From a bacterium (GTDB taxonomy: Bacteria > UBA8248): a stretch of 64,000 nucleotides of DNA. Both the position numbers and the translations under genes were made by a program. The notes below the pieces were generated by a model that saw only the letters and a program-made list of their open reading frames with translations, was not told the DNA's origin and searched no databases. Where the stretch lies: NCBI GenBank assembly GCA_965213685.1, contig CBDBZY010000064.1:1216001-1280000 (forward strand), written 5' to 3'. Below, piece after piece: positions 62,691-64,000 of the stretch (positions within the stretch are counted from its first letter, which is position 1; each line of letters opens with the position of its first letter).

Positions 62691-63328
62691 ACAGTGTAAG
62701 TGTCTTTGTACTTTCTTTAGGATAGTGATAGTGTATATTACTCAATATTAACATGCTATTGATACTGCATAATTTCACTCTACGATGTACAGAACTTGGC
62801 CTAAGGATCTACTTGCCTTTCATCTGGATTAGTACACATGCAAGCTTTTGGAGCGGGTAAGCTCACAGAAAGGGATAGACCAGGAGTTGCCAAAGAAAGA
62901 GTAGATACGGTGAGAAAGAATGAGAAAGTGTGTTACTTTGTTCAAGCTTCAGATGTACATGTACATGTAGGTTTGAAGAGGAGGCACATGTACAGTACAT
63001 GTACATGTACATGTAGGTGCCAGTGTCACAGCATAGTAAGAGGATGCTACCACACACAAGCTGCTTTGCTGAATTCCACCAGCACTGACAGCTTCAACTG
63101 ACTCTTCTCTGTGTATTTCCTATTGATTTGTATGTATGTACATGTACATGTATGTGTGAACATGTGTATGTGGATGTATGTACATGTACATGTACATGTA
63201 TGTTGAGTGTGTATTCAGTGAGATTGTGTGCTCTACACTGTGTTTCCATGATTTTGTATGTATGCATTTGCTTTTAGATCAGTTTTTTGATGATTTCCTG
63301 AAGTTTCTAAAATTGAAGCAACCCTTAA

Positions 63329-63810
63329 CCCTTTCGCTCTCAAAAGTGCGCATTTTTGCGCAATTTCTAAAACAGCGAAAAACTGGAGAAATATGGAACA
63401 TTTGATGATGCAATGTCGGCATGCGGGCAATTAACTGATAAAACTCCCACGCACCCCTTGAAGTGGCCTCTCGGCGCTTGGATGTGGCGGTCGGAGCTTT
63501 GATGTAGCTTTCATCTCTGCTATTGTATACTTTAAAAAAAGCAAGAAGCCTAGCAGGTAGTGTGATGAAGCGTCAGGGAGGGCTAGAGGTGACTGGAGTG
63601 AAGTCTGGGCTCTGCACGTAGCCATAAATGGGCCGCGCGGCTTCGATCTGTAGGAATACGGAGATTTGAATTGGTTGCCAGGAGACTTGCGGGTTTTGCC
63701 GTTGCCATGGAGGTAGCCAGGCGAGCGGAAGGGCCGGAAGTAAACGGAGATCTAAGAAAGACCGTGTCACGTCGCTCGCTCGTTCCATCGCGGGAACTCA
63801 AGCGAAAGGG
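63329..63810 (-). mobile_element. piggyBac-like MITE
   Basis: TTAA-CCCTTTCGCTCTC...GCGAAAGGG-TTAT. Confidence 0.85.
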
Positions 63811-64000
63811 TTATTAAAAAAAGAAAAGCAAGAAACCTAGCAGACATTGTTATGAACTGCCAAGGAGAGCTAGAGGTGGCTACAGTGAAGTCTGGGCTCT
63901 GCACGTAGCCATAAATCGGCCGCGCGGCTTGGATCTGTAGGAATACGGAGATTTGAATTGGTTGCCAGGAGACTTGCGGGTTATGCCGTTGCCATAAAGG

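Overview
Eukaryotic, intron-rich and heavily transposon-laden animal DNA. It is most likely a demosponge, inferred from the repeat landscape and the protein style rather than proven. Two host genes converge tail to tail. (1) EXOC8/Exo84 (exocyst subunit) lies on the minus strand; I reconstructed 8 phase-compatible GT-AG coding exons (46676 to 27567, 698 aa). (2) The last three exons of a plus-strand coiled-coil + SAM-domain gene lie at 8530-25398. Almost everything else is mobile DNA: Helentron-type HINEs, many MITEs (Tc1/pogo, Kolobok, AcademH, piggyBac, ISL2EU-like), decayed hAT, MULE, pogo, Gypsy, LINE and CRE sequences, a Penelope element with hammerhead ribozymes, and tRNA-containing retroposons. 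Three things stand out. First, a nested composite transposon at 53570-64000 (piggyBac-MITE / minisatellite / MITE) that appears to have inserted an inverted copy into itself. Second, a head-to-head pair of a CxC4/KDZ-type transposon gene and an NRF1/EWG-like DNA-binding gene. Third, several transposons carrying putative chromatin or methylation readers (MBD-like, Tudor-like, PHD-like). All assignments are by eye from sequence motifs; no searches were run.
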